Assembly: GCA_043819135.1 (NCBI GenBank)
Contig: JBDRFG010000033.1
Coordinates: 741 to 64,740 of the forward strand
Direction of reading: 5' to 3'
Length of the DNA: 64,000 nt
Source of the DNA: Candidatus Eiseniibacteriota bacterium
Lineage (GTDB): Bacteria > Joyebacterota > Joyebacteria > Joyebacterales > Joyebacteraceae
A program made the position numbers and the translations under genes. Below the pieces are notes generated by a model. That model did not search any database, was not told the DNA's origin, and was given only the letters and a program-made list of their open reading frames with translations. Within the stretch, counting starts at the first letter, position 1. Each line of letters opens with the position of its first letter. This document shows, one piece after another, positions 8,019 to 17,040 of the stretch.

Positions 8019-8825
8019 CTATTTCTTTCTGAACACGTCTATGTGCGTGGTGCCGCCAAATATATAGAAGGGGAAGTACTCGGCGATGGCACAGTCGACG
8101 CCGAGCTTCACGTACTCCTCACAGAGGTTCGCTCCGGTCTCACAGAACATCACGAGCCGCGTGCCCCCCCTCCTGGCCGCCTCGAGTATGTCCTCCATTG
8201 AATCCGTAGAGATGACCATTCCGGTCATTACAGCGACGTCGCACTCTTCCACGAATTCCACGGTCCGGTCCTGGTCGTACACCGGCACGCCGCCGATCTC
8301 GCTGCCTACGAGAGTCGGGTCCCCATCCGTGCCCGTGACCGTGACACCCTTCGCCGTGAGCATCTTAATGATGTTGCCGATGACGCCGACGTTCACGACC
8401 CGCCCGTCCTCGGCGCCCATCAACTCGAGCTGCCGCAGCACCTCGTCCACCACGATCTGGCTGCGCCAGAGCGCCTTGTCGGCCGATGAGCCCGTCATGG
8501 TCTTGGTCTCGTCCGGCTGCTTCTCGAACGCGGAGAACATGGCGTCCGCGGTCGCGACCTGCACACACCGATACTCCGATCTCACCTTTCTACAGTCCTT
8601 ACCCAGCAGAGAGAAGTTGTCCTTGAGCGCCGGCACGGTGGAGCAGTAACAGGCGCCCTCTCCCACGGTTTGGACAAGGAGGTATGAGTAGTTGAAGGTC
8701 CGCTCTTCCGGGTTGGGTCGGAACAGGAGGTCGGTGCGCCAGAGCCCCCTGACGAAAAAAGACTCGTCGGGGTAGTCTCGGCTTCTCCTTCTTCCTGTTT
8801 CAGCGATCTGCTCGAGCAGAGTCAC
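8019..8825 (-). CDS. DUF364-like Rossmann-domain protein (putative chelation/unknown function)
   Basis: 268 aa. The C-terminal half follows the DUF364 pattern (VNVGVIGN...CDVAVMTGMVISTDSMEDIL...LVMFCETGAN...GVD). Its stop TAG 8019-8021 is in frame with the decarboxylase ORF. Confidence 0.55.
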   Translation of the reverse strand: MTLLEQIAETGRRRSRDYPDESFFVRGLWRTDLLFRPNPEERTFNYSYLLVQTVGEGACYCSTVPALKDNFSLLGKDCRKVRSEYRCVQVATADAMFSAFEKQPDETKTMTGSSADKALWRSQIVVDEVLRQLELMGAEDGRVVNVGVIGNIIKMLTAKGVTVTGTDGDPTLVGSEIGGVPVYDQDRTVEFVEECDVAVMTGMVISTDSMEDILEAARRGGTRLVMFCETGANLCEEYVKLGVDCAIAEYFPFYIFGGTTHIDVFRKK

Positions 8826-9013
8826 GGTGGCTCCTGGTCCTTAGGATCCGCTGACGACTTTCGTGGTCGCCGGCTCATGGGAATGCGGGGCTGTCGGTCG
8901 TTTGGCCGCTCGCCACGTCAGTCACCAATATACCAGCAGGGGGGGACACGGTCAATTTAGCAGCACTGCCTTGCGGCGCCCTCGCGCTCAGCAGGCAGCT
9001 GCGTTCTCTCAGC

Positions 9014-9043
9014 TTGATTACATGCAGTCATCCCTGCTAAACT
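9014..9043 (+). promoter_or_regulatory. candidate sigma-70 promoter for the MoxR operon
   Basis: TTGATT-N18-TAAACT inside the 390-nt divergent intergenic region. Confidence 0.3.
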
Positions 9044-9216
9044 GACCCCGGCCGCGTGTGTCTGACTGTGCGTGTGGTTCAGGCTGTGACATCTCAAACC
9101 GCGGCGCGGGGACCTCCAAGGGGCCCGGCGCGGCGGCTACGTGCATTCACGTTGCGCCATCTGAGTCCCGACGAAACCCTGAGCCGGGACGGCTCCAACC
9201 AGAAATGAGGAAGACT

Positions 9217-10227
9217 ATGAGCCCGGAAGCCCGATTGCCACGCGATGGGAAGGGGGACCTCGAGGCCATCGAGGCGCTGGCCAGTGCGCGCGACGCGATC
9301 CTGGGAGAGGTGCGGAAAGCGATCGTCGGGCAGAACCAGGTGATCGACGAACTCCTGATGGCCATTCTGGCCGACGGGCACTGCCTGCTCATCGGTGTGC
9401 CGGGTCTCGCGAAGACGCTGATGGTCAGCACGCTGGCGAGCGTTATCGATCTGAGATTCAAGCGCATCCAGTTCACGCCCGACCTCATGCCGTCGGACAT
9501 CACGGGCACCGACATCATCGAGGAAGATCCGGGGACTCACGCCCGCAACTTCAAATTCATACCTGGCCCCGTGTTCGCGAACGTGGTTCTCGCCGATGAG
9601 ATCAACCGCACGCCACCCAAGACACAGGCCGCGCTGCTCCAGGCCATGCAGGAGAAGCAGGTGACCACAGGAGGGAACACCTACCCGCTCGACCTGCCGT
9701 TCTTCGTGCTGGCGACGCAGAATCCTATCGAACTCGAGGGGACCGATCCGCTTCCCGAGGCGCAGCTCGACCGTTTCATGTTCAGCATCCACGTGGACTA
9801 CCCGAGTGAAGAGGAGGAGCGGGAGATCGTCGAGTCGACGACGAGCGCCTACGTTCCGGACCTCCAGGCCATCCTGAGCGGCGAAGACATAATCAATCTC
9901 CAGACGCTCGTGCGCCGGGTGCCCGTGCCGGACCACGTTCTGGCCCACGCGGTACGCCTCGCACGCAGCACGCGCCCGACTGACGATTCGCCGGACTACG
10001 TACGGAACTGGGTCAGCTGGGGCGCCGGCCCGCGCGCGTCGCAGTATCTCGTGCTCGGCGCGAAGACCCGCGCGATCCTCAGGGGCAAGTTCGCGCCCGA
10101 GACCGAGGACGTCAGGGCGGTCGCGCAGCCCGTGCTTCGGCACCGCATCGTGACGAACTTCAATGCCGAGGCCGACGGCGTGTCCGCGTCGGACATCGTC
10201 GACCGGTTGGTAGACGACGCGAGTTAG
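9217..10227 (+). CDS. MoxR-family AAA+ ATPase
   Basis: Frame of track ORF 9058..10227. ATG 9217 follows GAGGAAG (ATG 9205 is also possible). Walker A region GVPGLAKT. The MoxR signature RIQFTPDLMPSDITGT is present. Length is about 336 aa, typical of the family. Confidence 0.85.
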   Translation: MSPEARLPRDGKGDLEAIEALASARDAILGEVRKAIVGQNQVIDELLMAILADGHCLLIGVPGLAKTLMVSTLASVIDLRFKRIQFTPDLMPSDITGTDIIEEDPGTHARNFKFIPGPVFANVVLADEINRTPPKTQAALLQAMQEKQVTTGGNTYPLDLPFFVLATQNPIELEGTDPLPEAQLDRFMFSIHVDYPSEEEEREIVESTTSAYVPDLQAILSGEDIINLQTLVRRVPVPDHVLAHAVRLARSTRPTDDSPDYVRNWVSWGAGPRASQYLVLGAKTRAILRGKFAPETEDVRAVAQPVLRHRIVTNFNAEADGVSASDIVDRLVDDAS

Positions 10228-10344
10228 GCGCGGCAGCACCGTCCTCCCCCGCAGTGCGATTCAGCCCAGTCGAGGGCTGCTCGAGCACCAGGGGGAGGGC
10301 CGGTGACACCGCGCCGGAGTGTGCGGCAGAGACTGAGGCCAACG

Positions 10345-11244
10345 ATGCCCGACGAGTCCTACAGACGTTTCCTCGACCCCGTGGTCGTCTCCAAGCTGGC
10401 GACCATGGAGCTGCGCGCGCGCCTGGTCGTCGAGGGCTTCGTGACCGGCATGCACAGGAGCCCGTACAAGGGTTTCAGCGTCGAGTTCGCGGAACACCGC
10501 CAATACATGCCGGGTGACCCGCTCAAACACATCGACTGGAAGGTCTACGCGAAGACCGACCGTTTCTACATAAAGGAGTACGAGGAGGAGACCAATCTCC
10601 GGGGCTACATCCTCCTCGACGCAAGCAAGTCGATGGACTACGGCTCGGACGGTGTCTCAAAACTGGAATACTCGCGTTACCTTTCCGCGGCGCTCATCTA
10701 CCTGATGCTCAAGCAGCAGGACTCCGTCGGTCTCATGGTGTTCGATGAGGCCGTCCGCGAGTTCGTGCCACCCCGGTCGAGTCCTACGCAGCTGCACACG
10801 CTACTCGCTGAGCTGGACCGCGCGCGGGCCAGCTCCGAGACCGATATCGGCATCGTGCTCCACGATCTCGCGCGCCGCGTGAAGCGCCGCGGGCTCGTGA
10901 TACTCGTGTCCGACCTGCTGGACGACTCCGAGCGCGTGCTTCCGGGTCTCAAGCACTTCCGGCACCTCAAGCACGAGGTGATCGTCTTCCACGTCCTCGA
11001 TCCAAGGGAGGCCGAATTCAGCTTCGACGCGGACGCGACGTTCCGCGACATGGAGACCGGCGAGCTCATGACCACCGAGCCGTTCTCGATCCGGGGCGAC
11101 TATGTGGACGCAGTGGAGCGTTGGAAGGCGCTCCTGAGACGCGAGTGCGCAGAAAGCGGGATCGACTACGTGCCCATTCTGACGTCGACACCCTACGACC
11201 GCGCGCTCTTCTCGTATCTGGAGAAGCGAAAGAGGCTCGGGTAG
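10345..11244 (+). CDS. DUF58 family protein (vWA-like, MoxR partner)
   Basis: ATG 10345 has GAGG 6 nt upstream. DUF58 core motif HRSPYKGFSVEFAEHRQYMPGDPLKHIDWKVYAKTDRFYIKEYEEE. Confidence 0.85.
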   Translation: MPDESYRRFLDPVVVSKLATMELRARLVVEGFVTGMHRSPYKGFSVEFAEHRQYMPGDPLKHIDWKVYAKTDRFYIKEYEEETNLRGYILLDASKSMDYGSDGVSKLEYSRYLSAALIYLMLKQQDSVGLMVFDEAVREFVPPRSSPTQLHTLLAELDRARASSETDIGIVLHDLARRVKRRGLVILVSDLLDDSERVLPGLKHFRHLKHEVIVFHVLDPREAEFSFDADATFRDMETGELMTTEPFSIRGDYVDAVERWKALLRRECAESGIDYVPILTSTPYDRALFSYLEKRKRLG

Positions 11245-11307
11245 CGCACGAGCCGTCCGTCCTGAGCCGCGGCCACGTCCGCGGCCACGGACACGAAGGA
11301 GAACCGG

Positions 11308-13449
11308 TTGAACTTCACGTTCCTGAACGGCACCTTCCTGTTCGCCGCGCTGGCCGCGCTGCTGCCGCTTCTCATCCACCTCATCAGCCGCCGCCGCGTC
11401 TCGACCGTCGACTTCAGCTCGCTTCGCTTCCTAAAGGAATTAGAGCGGAAGCGCATCAGACGCGTGCGCCTCCGCCAGATACTACTGCTCATCGTAAGAA
11501 GCCTAATCATTCTCGCGGCGGCTCTGGCTCTGGCGCGCCCCACCCTCAAGGGCGTTCTCGGGGGAGGCGGGGGCGCGCACGCAAAGACCTCGATCGCCAT
11601 CATCATGGACGACAGCGCGAGCATGTCGAGAACCGGCGAGGACGGCGATCTCTTTCCGGATGCCGTACGATCCGCGCGGGAGATAGCGGAGCTCCTCGAC
11701 GATGGAGACCAGGCGTTTCTGGTCACGGCGGGCGACCCGGCCAGCGCCGTGCTCGCCGAGGGCACCTTCAGCCCGGAGGTTCTTCTGGAGGCAGTGAATG
11801 GGACGGAAGCCGGGGCCGCCGCAACGGACTACTCGCGTGCACTTGACCTGGCGTTCGGCCTGCTCGCTGAGTCGCGGAATCTCAATCGAGAGCTCTACGT
11901 TCTCGGCGACCTGCAGCGCACAGGATGGGCGCGCGCCCCGGAAACACCTGGGTCTGCGCCGGCGGAGGACCAGACAAGCGGGTCGGAGGCTCTGAAGAAC
12001 GACGAGGGGCCCCGCGTCTACGTGCTGTCGATCGCCGGTCCCACCACGAACCTTGGGATGCCATCCGTCGCCATCGAGCGGAAGTACGGTGGCGCCGCGG
12101 GGCTCTTCTCTGTGAGCGCGCGGGTTTCGAACCACGGCAGTCGAAATGGCGAGATCCTGGTCAGGCTCTTCATCGACGGGGAACAGGCGGGACAGGCGGG
12201 CGTCGAAGTGGAGGGCGGCGGGTCCGCCACGGCGCGCTTCGCCGTGACCGTGGACGAATCCGAATGGCACGAGGGCTGGGTTGAACTCCCGCCCGACGCG
12301 CTCGATGCGGACAACAGGCGCTACTTCGTGATCCCCGCCACGCGCCTGACGGAGGTTCTGGTGGTCCGTCCCGACGACGCCCGGGAACTCGACGACGCCG
12401 ACTACCTGGAGCGCGCGCTCGATCCCACGGCGGAGAGCGACAGGTTCTCGGTCTCCGTGGTGTCGCAGGGCGCGCTGGCGAGTCAGGAGAACGACAGGTT
12501 TCCCCTGGTCGTGCTGGCCGACGTCGGAAGACTGGAGGACGCTGCCGTGAGCTGGCTAGGACGGCACGTCGATGACGGCGGAGGCCTTCTCATCGTGCTC
12601 GGTAACCGCACGGACGTCCGCTTCTGGAACGCAGGACTTCTGCCGGAGCTCGCTGGAGTCGAGATCCTTGCGCCGACGGAGCGTCCCGATGGGGTGCGGC
12701 TCGCGCCGGCCTTACAGGGACATCCTCTACTTGAGGGGCTTGTGGTCGGTGAGCGTCTGGTCGACGACATAGCGGTACGGCGCGCGTTCGATGTGCGCGC
12801 CACCGAGGTCGAGGAGGTCCTGGAGCTGCCGGGGATAGGGCCCGCGCTCACCCTCAGACGCGCGACCACGGGCGCCTCGCTGGTGAATGGCGTCGTTCCG
12901 AAGGGCGAGGTGGCGGTGCTGATGACCGGCGTCGACCCCTCCTGGAGCGACCTGCCGCGGAGCGGATTCGTCGTGCCGCTCATGCACCGTCTGTCCGAGC
13001 GGCTATCGCGGACGAGTTCGCGTCCCGTGTCTGTCACCGTCGGTGAGGACCTCGTGGTGCGGCTCGGCGAGGTTCCGACAGGCCGAGTTGAGGTTGATGC
13101 ACCCGACGGACGCACACTGACCGCTGAACTCCGACATCATCCGGGACCCGCGGCCGCGGTCGAGCGTGCCGGCGACCCGGGGATCTACCGTTTCTATTCG
13201 GGTGGGCGGACGATCGCGCTCGGCGCCGTCAACATGGACCCACGTGAATCCGACTTGTCGCCGGTTGATAGAAGTGAAATGGAAGAACTCATGTCACCGC
13301 TTCCCCTGACGTTCGTCGAGGCGGGTGCGAGGCTCGAGGACGAGGTGCTGCAGGCGAGGCACGGGCGCGAGCTCTGGCGAGCGTTCCTGTACGTCGCCCT
13401 CGTGCTGATGGCGGTGGAGATGTACCTGGCGCGGCCACGGTCTGGTTAG
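11308..13449 (+). CDS. BatA-N-terminal-domain / vWA membrane protein
   Basis: TTG start 5 nt after AAGGAGA. The N-terminal double-TM aerotolerance-regulator-type motif is present (LPLLIHLISRRR). vWA MIDAS-like motif (IAIIMDDSASMS). C-terminal TM helix. Confidence 0.75.
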   Translation: MNFTFLNGTFLFAALAALLPLLIHLISRRRVSTVDFSSLRFLKELERKRIRRVRLRQILLLIVRSLIILAAALALARPTLKGVLGGGGGAHAKTSIAIIMDDSASMSRTGEDGDLFPDAVRSAREIAELLDDGDQAFLVTAGDPASAVLAEGTFSPEVLLEAVNGTEAGAAATDYSRALDLAFGLLAESRNLNRELYVLGDLQRTGWARAPETPGSAPAEDQTSGSEALKNDEGPRVYVLSIAGPTTNLGMPSVAIERKYGGAAGLFSVSARVSNHGSRNGEILVRLFIDGEQAGQAGVEVEGGGSATARFAVTVDESEWHEGWVELPPDALDADNRRYFVIPATRLTEVLVVRPDDARELDDADYLERALDPTAESDRFSVSVVSQGALASQENDRFPLVVLADVGRLEDAAVSWLGRHVDDGGGLLIVLGNRTDVRFWNAGLLPELAGVEILAPTERPDGVRLAPALQGHPLLEGLVVGERLVDDIAVRRAFDVRATEVEEVLELPGIGPALTLRRATTGASLVNGVVPKGEVAVLMTGVDPSWSDLPRSGFVVPLMHRLSERLSRTSSRPVSVTVGEDLVVRLGEVPTGRVEVDAPDGRTLTAELRHHPGPAAAVERAGDPGIYRFYSGGRTIALGAVNMDPRESDLSPVDRSEMEELMSPLPLTFVEAGARLEDEVLQARHGRELWRAFLYVALVLMAVEMYLARPRSG

Positions 13450-13504
13450 GCTGCATGGTCTGGCCCAACCCGTGGCCCGCAGCAAATAGGCAGAGGACAA
13501 CCGC

Positions 13505-16500
13505 ATGCCCGGACGCGGGATAGTCGATATAGCGCGTGGGACGAAGCCCCTCCGCGACATCGCCGAGAGCGTGAGGGCCGGGAGGCCCAGGCTGTGGGTG
13601 AGCGGCCTGCTCGGCTCCTCCAAGTCGCTCCTCGCGGCGGTGCTCGCTCGTGAGCTTCCACACGTCTGGGTCGTGATCGCCCCGACCTTCTCCGACGCGG
13701 AGCACACCTACGACGACCTAACGACGTTCCTCGGCGAGGACAGCGTCCAGCTGTTCAGCGAGTGGGAGACCCTTCCTTACGAGAGGCGCTCCCCACTTGC
13801 GACAATCACGGAATCCAGACTCCTGACGCTCTCCCGCCTCGCGGCGGGCGAGCCCGTCGTCATCGTCACCACGCCGAAGGCCGTCATGCAGACGACCCTG
13901 TCGCGACGTCTTCTGGCCGACGTGACGCACAAGCTGTCAATCGGAGATACGCTCGACCCCGGGGCGTTCGCCCGGTCGCTCATCGACCTGGGCTACAAGC
14001 GCGTCAGACTGGTCGAGGATTCCGGCGACTTCAGCGTCCGCGGAGGCATCGTCGACCTTCTGCCGTTCGGGTACGACGACCCGCTGAGGCTCGAACTCGA
14101 CGGTGACCGGATAGAATCGATCCGCCAGTTCGACGTCTACAATCAACGCTCGATTCGCGAGCTCGACGAGATGTCCGTGCTTCCGAGACGCGAGGTTGTT
14201 CTGAGAGGCGAGGGAAGCGGCGAGATCGCGTCTCGCCTGCGGGAATCACACGCCGGTGACTCCGAGGACAGGGACCACCTCTTGAACGGGCTGGAGACAC
14301 GCTTCTACTTCGACGGGGTCGAGCAGTACCTTCCCACCATCAACGAAGACACCGAGACGCTAATTGACCACCTGCCGGACGCGGCCGGAGTGTTCGTCAT
14401 CAGGTCCGACGAGGTCTGGGACCGCGCGGAGCAGCTCTCTCTCGAGGCGGCCAAGATCTTCCACGAGAAGAGAGAACAGGTTCCGCTCTGCGAGCCGGAG
14501 TCGCTTCTCGTTCCGTTCGATCGGCTGATGGAGCGGGTAGGCAAGCGGCCGATCGTCGCCTCCGGTCTCGTCGCCAGGCCCGGTCTCGACGGCTACGAAT
14601 GCTGGACGGTCGAGGCGAAGCTGCAGGAGTCGTTCGGTTCCGACCTCGAGCTTCTCAGGACTCGCCTGGGCGAACTCGCGCGGGACAACCGCGTCCTCAT
14701 CATGTGCGACAACAGGGGGCAGGCCACGCGACTGTCCGAGCTCCTGGGGGAGGCGGCCACCGACGTTGCTCTTGAGGTGGGAAGTCTCGAGAAGGGCTTC
14801 GCGCTGCCGGCCGCGGGCCTGGTCGTCTACACGGACCACGATATCTTCGATAGATACAGGAGGCGCAGACGTCGCAAGTTTCGCGGTGGGGCGCCGATAT
14901 CGAGCTTCGAGGCGCTGGTGCAGGGCGATTATGTCGTGCATGTCAATCACGGGATCGGGAAGTACGTGGGCATGGCGCGCGTCGAGGCCGACGGAAGGCT
15001 GATCGACTGCGTCGTGGTCGATTACGCCGAGGGCGGCAAGCTCTACGTTCCGTCCGACGAGATGGACCGCCTTCAGAAATACGTCGGGAAGGACGGTGTC
15101 AAGCCTCGTCTACACAGACTCGGTGGAGCGTCCTGGGCGAAGGCCAAGACGAAGGCCACGGAGGCGGTGGCCAAGCTCGCGCGCGAGTTGCTTGGTCTCT
15201 ACGCGGCGAGGAAGTCCCGTCCGGGCCACGCGTTCGGTGAGGACGTCGTGTGGCAGCAGGAGCTCGAGGCCTCATTCATATATGAGGAGACCGAGGACCA
15301 ACTCAGGGCGACGGAAGAGATCAAGCGCGACATGGAATCCAGTCGTCCGATGGACCGGCTCGTGTGTGGAGACGTCGGGTTCGGGAAGACGGAGGTCGCG
15401 ATCCGCGCCGCGTTCAAGGCCGTGATGGGCGGGAAGCAGGTCTCGGTGCTCGTGCCGACGACCATTCTTGCGCAGCAGCACCTCACGACGTTCACGGACC
15501 GCCTTGCCGACTACCCCGTTGAGATCGACGTCCTCTCCAGGTTCAGGACGCCGAAAGAGCAGAAGCGTGTGCTCGAGCGCGTCGCCGAGGGCAAGATAGA
15601 TATCATCATCGGCACGCACCGGCTGGTGCAGAAGGACGTCAAGTTCCACAATCTCGGTCTCCTGGTCATAGACGAGGAGCAGCAGTTCGGGGTTCTCCAC
15701 AAGGAAACCATTCAAACGATGAGAAAGTCCGTGGATGTCATCACGATGACGGCCACGCCGATCCCCCGCACGCTTCACATGTCGCTCGTGGGCGCTCGCG
15801 ACATGTCCATAATCAACACGCCGCCCAGAGACCGTCTTCCCGTCAGGACGGAGATAGCGGCCTTCGACGCCGACCTCATCGTGGAGGCCGTCCTCCGCGA
15901 AATGGACAGGGGCGGACAGGTCTACTTCGTGCACAACCGCGTGGAGACTATCGAGGGCATGGCGACCTATCTCAGGGGCATCCTCCCCGGGTTCGTCATT
16001 GATGTCGGACACGGGCAGATGTCCGAGCGCCAGCTCGAATCTGTGATGATGAGGTTCATGGAGGGGCAGATCGACGTCCTCGTCTGCAGCATGATCATCG
16101 AGTCGGGTCTCGACATCCCGAACGTCAACACGATCATCATCAACCGGGCGGACCGCTTCGGACTGGCGCAGCTCTATCAGCTGCGCGGGCGCGTCGGGCG
16201 CTCGAACCACAGGGCCTACGCCTATCTGCTGATCCCGCGCGGCCGGGCCATAACCCCGATAGCGCGACGCAGGCTGGGGGCGATACAGGAGTTCACCGAT
16301 CTCTCGTCAGGCTACAAGCTTGCGATGCGCGATCTCGAGATAAGGGGCGCCGGGAACATCCTTGGCGCAGAACAACACGGCCACATGCTGGCCGTAGGGT
16401 TCAACCTGTACGCCAAGCTCTTGAGGAGCGCCGTGAAACGGCTCAAGGGAGAGCCGGTCGCGGAGAAGCACGAGGCGTCCGTGGACATCAAGGTAGATGC

Positions 16501-16921
16501 ATACATCCCCGACTCTTACATTGCGGACAACGACATGAAGATCGACATCTACACGAGGATCCGAGACGCGAGGTCTCTCGATGCGGTTGATGGGCTCGCG
16601 AGCGAGCTCTCCGACAGGTTCGGGAAGATGCCCCCGGAAGTCGTGGGGCTTCTGGAGGTCCAGGCTCTGAGAGTGGTGTGCGAGGGTGCGGGAATCAGGC
16701 GAGTAGGTCTCTCAGCGGGCACCGTGGAGGCCGAGTTCGCGCCCGGCTTCGAGCCGAAGCCAGGGCGACTCCGTGCCGCGCTCAAGGCCTGCAACACCCC
16801 CCTGGAATTCGATGCCCGGACGGGGCTTACGGTGAAGTTCGCGTCGCCCGGCGGCAGGAGAGAGGCTCTGCGGCTGGGGAGAAAGGTATTGAATCAGTTT
16901 GTCGACTCTGCTAGCCTCTAG
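13505..16921 (+). CDS. mfd: transcription-repair coupling factor
   Basis: 1138 aa. It has a UvrB-homology N-terminus, a CarD/RNAP-interaction region, superfamily-2 helicase motifs (GDVGFGKTEVA, DEEQQFG, TATPIPRT, QLRGRVGRS) and a TRG/C-terminal domain. Confidence 0.95.
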   Translation: MPGRGIVDIARGTKPLRDIAESVRAGRPRLWVSGLLGSSKSLLAAVLARELPHVWVVIAPTFSDAEHTYDDLTTFLGEDSVQLFSEWETLPYERRSPLATITESRLLTLSRLAAGEPVVIVTTPKAVMQTTLSRRLLADVTHKLSIGDTLDPGAFARSLIDLGYKRVRLVEDSGDFSVRGGIVDLLPFGYDDPLRLELDGDRIESIRQFDVYNQRSIRELDEMSVLPRREVVLRGEGSGEIASRLRESHAGDSEDRDHLLNGLETRFYFDGVEQYLPTINEDTETLIDHLPDAAGVFVIRSDEVWDRAEQLSLEAAKIFHEKREQVPLCEPESLLVPFDRLMERVGKRPIVASGLVARPGLDGYECWTVEAKLQESFGSDLELLRTRLGELARDNRVLIMCDNRGQATRLSELLGEAATDVALEVGSLEKGFALPAAGLVVYTDHDIFDRYRRRRRRKFRGGAPISSFEALVQGDYVVHVNHGIGKYVGMARVEADGRLIDCVVVDYAEGGKLYVPSDEMDRLQKYVGKDGVKPRLHRLGGASWAKAKTKATEAVAKLARELLGLYAARKSRPGHAFGEDVVWQQELEASFIYEETEDQLRATEEIKRDMESSRPMDRLVCGDVGFGKTEVAIRAAFKAVMGGKQVSVLVPTTILAQQHLTTFTDRLADYPVEIDVLSRFRTPKEQKRVLERVAEGKIDIIIGTHRLVQKDVKFHNLGLLVIDEEQQFGVLHKETIQTMRKSVDVITMTATPIPRTLHMSLVGARDMSIINTPPRDRLPVRTEIAAFDADLIVEAVLREMDRGGQVYFVHNRVETIEGMATYLRGILPGFVIDVGHGQMSERQLESVMMRFMEGQIDVLVCSMIIESGLDIPNVNTIIINRADRFGLAQLYQLRGRVGRSNHRAYAYLLIPRGRAITPIARRRLGAIQEFTDLSSGYKLAMRDLEIRGAGNILGAEQHGHMLAVGFNLYAKLLRSAVKRLKGEPVAEKHEASVDIKVDAYIPDSYIADNDMKIDIYTRIRDARSLDAVDGLASELSDRFGKMPPEVVGLLEVQALRVVCEGAGIRRVGLSAGTVEAEFAPGFEPKPGRLRAALKACNTPLEFDARTGLTVKFASPGGRREALRLGRKVLNQFVDSASL

Positions 16922-16934
16922 TGCTACGCGTCGA

Positions 16935-16960
16935 GCCCGTTCACGGGCCTTTTCGGTTTT
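16935..16960 (+). terminator. rho-independent terminator after mfd
   Basis: GCCCG-ttca-CGGGC followed by cttttcggtttt. The stem is short. Confidence 0.45.
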
Positions 16961-17040
16961 GCGAGCGTGATCCGTTTTTCATCCTGGATCGAGGCGCTGG
17001 GTGCAACCGGCGTCCCCGGTGACACGAAAGGAGAATCTTG

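Noticed and set aside
8019-8021. TAG as a pyrrolysine or read-through codon fusing DUF364 to the decarboxylase
   Set aside because: No pyl genes or other evidence are in the window. A well-placed SD plus CTG explains the data more simply. I mention it only as an alternative in the finding.
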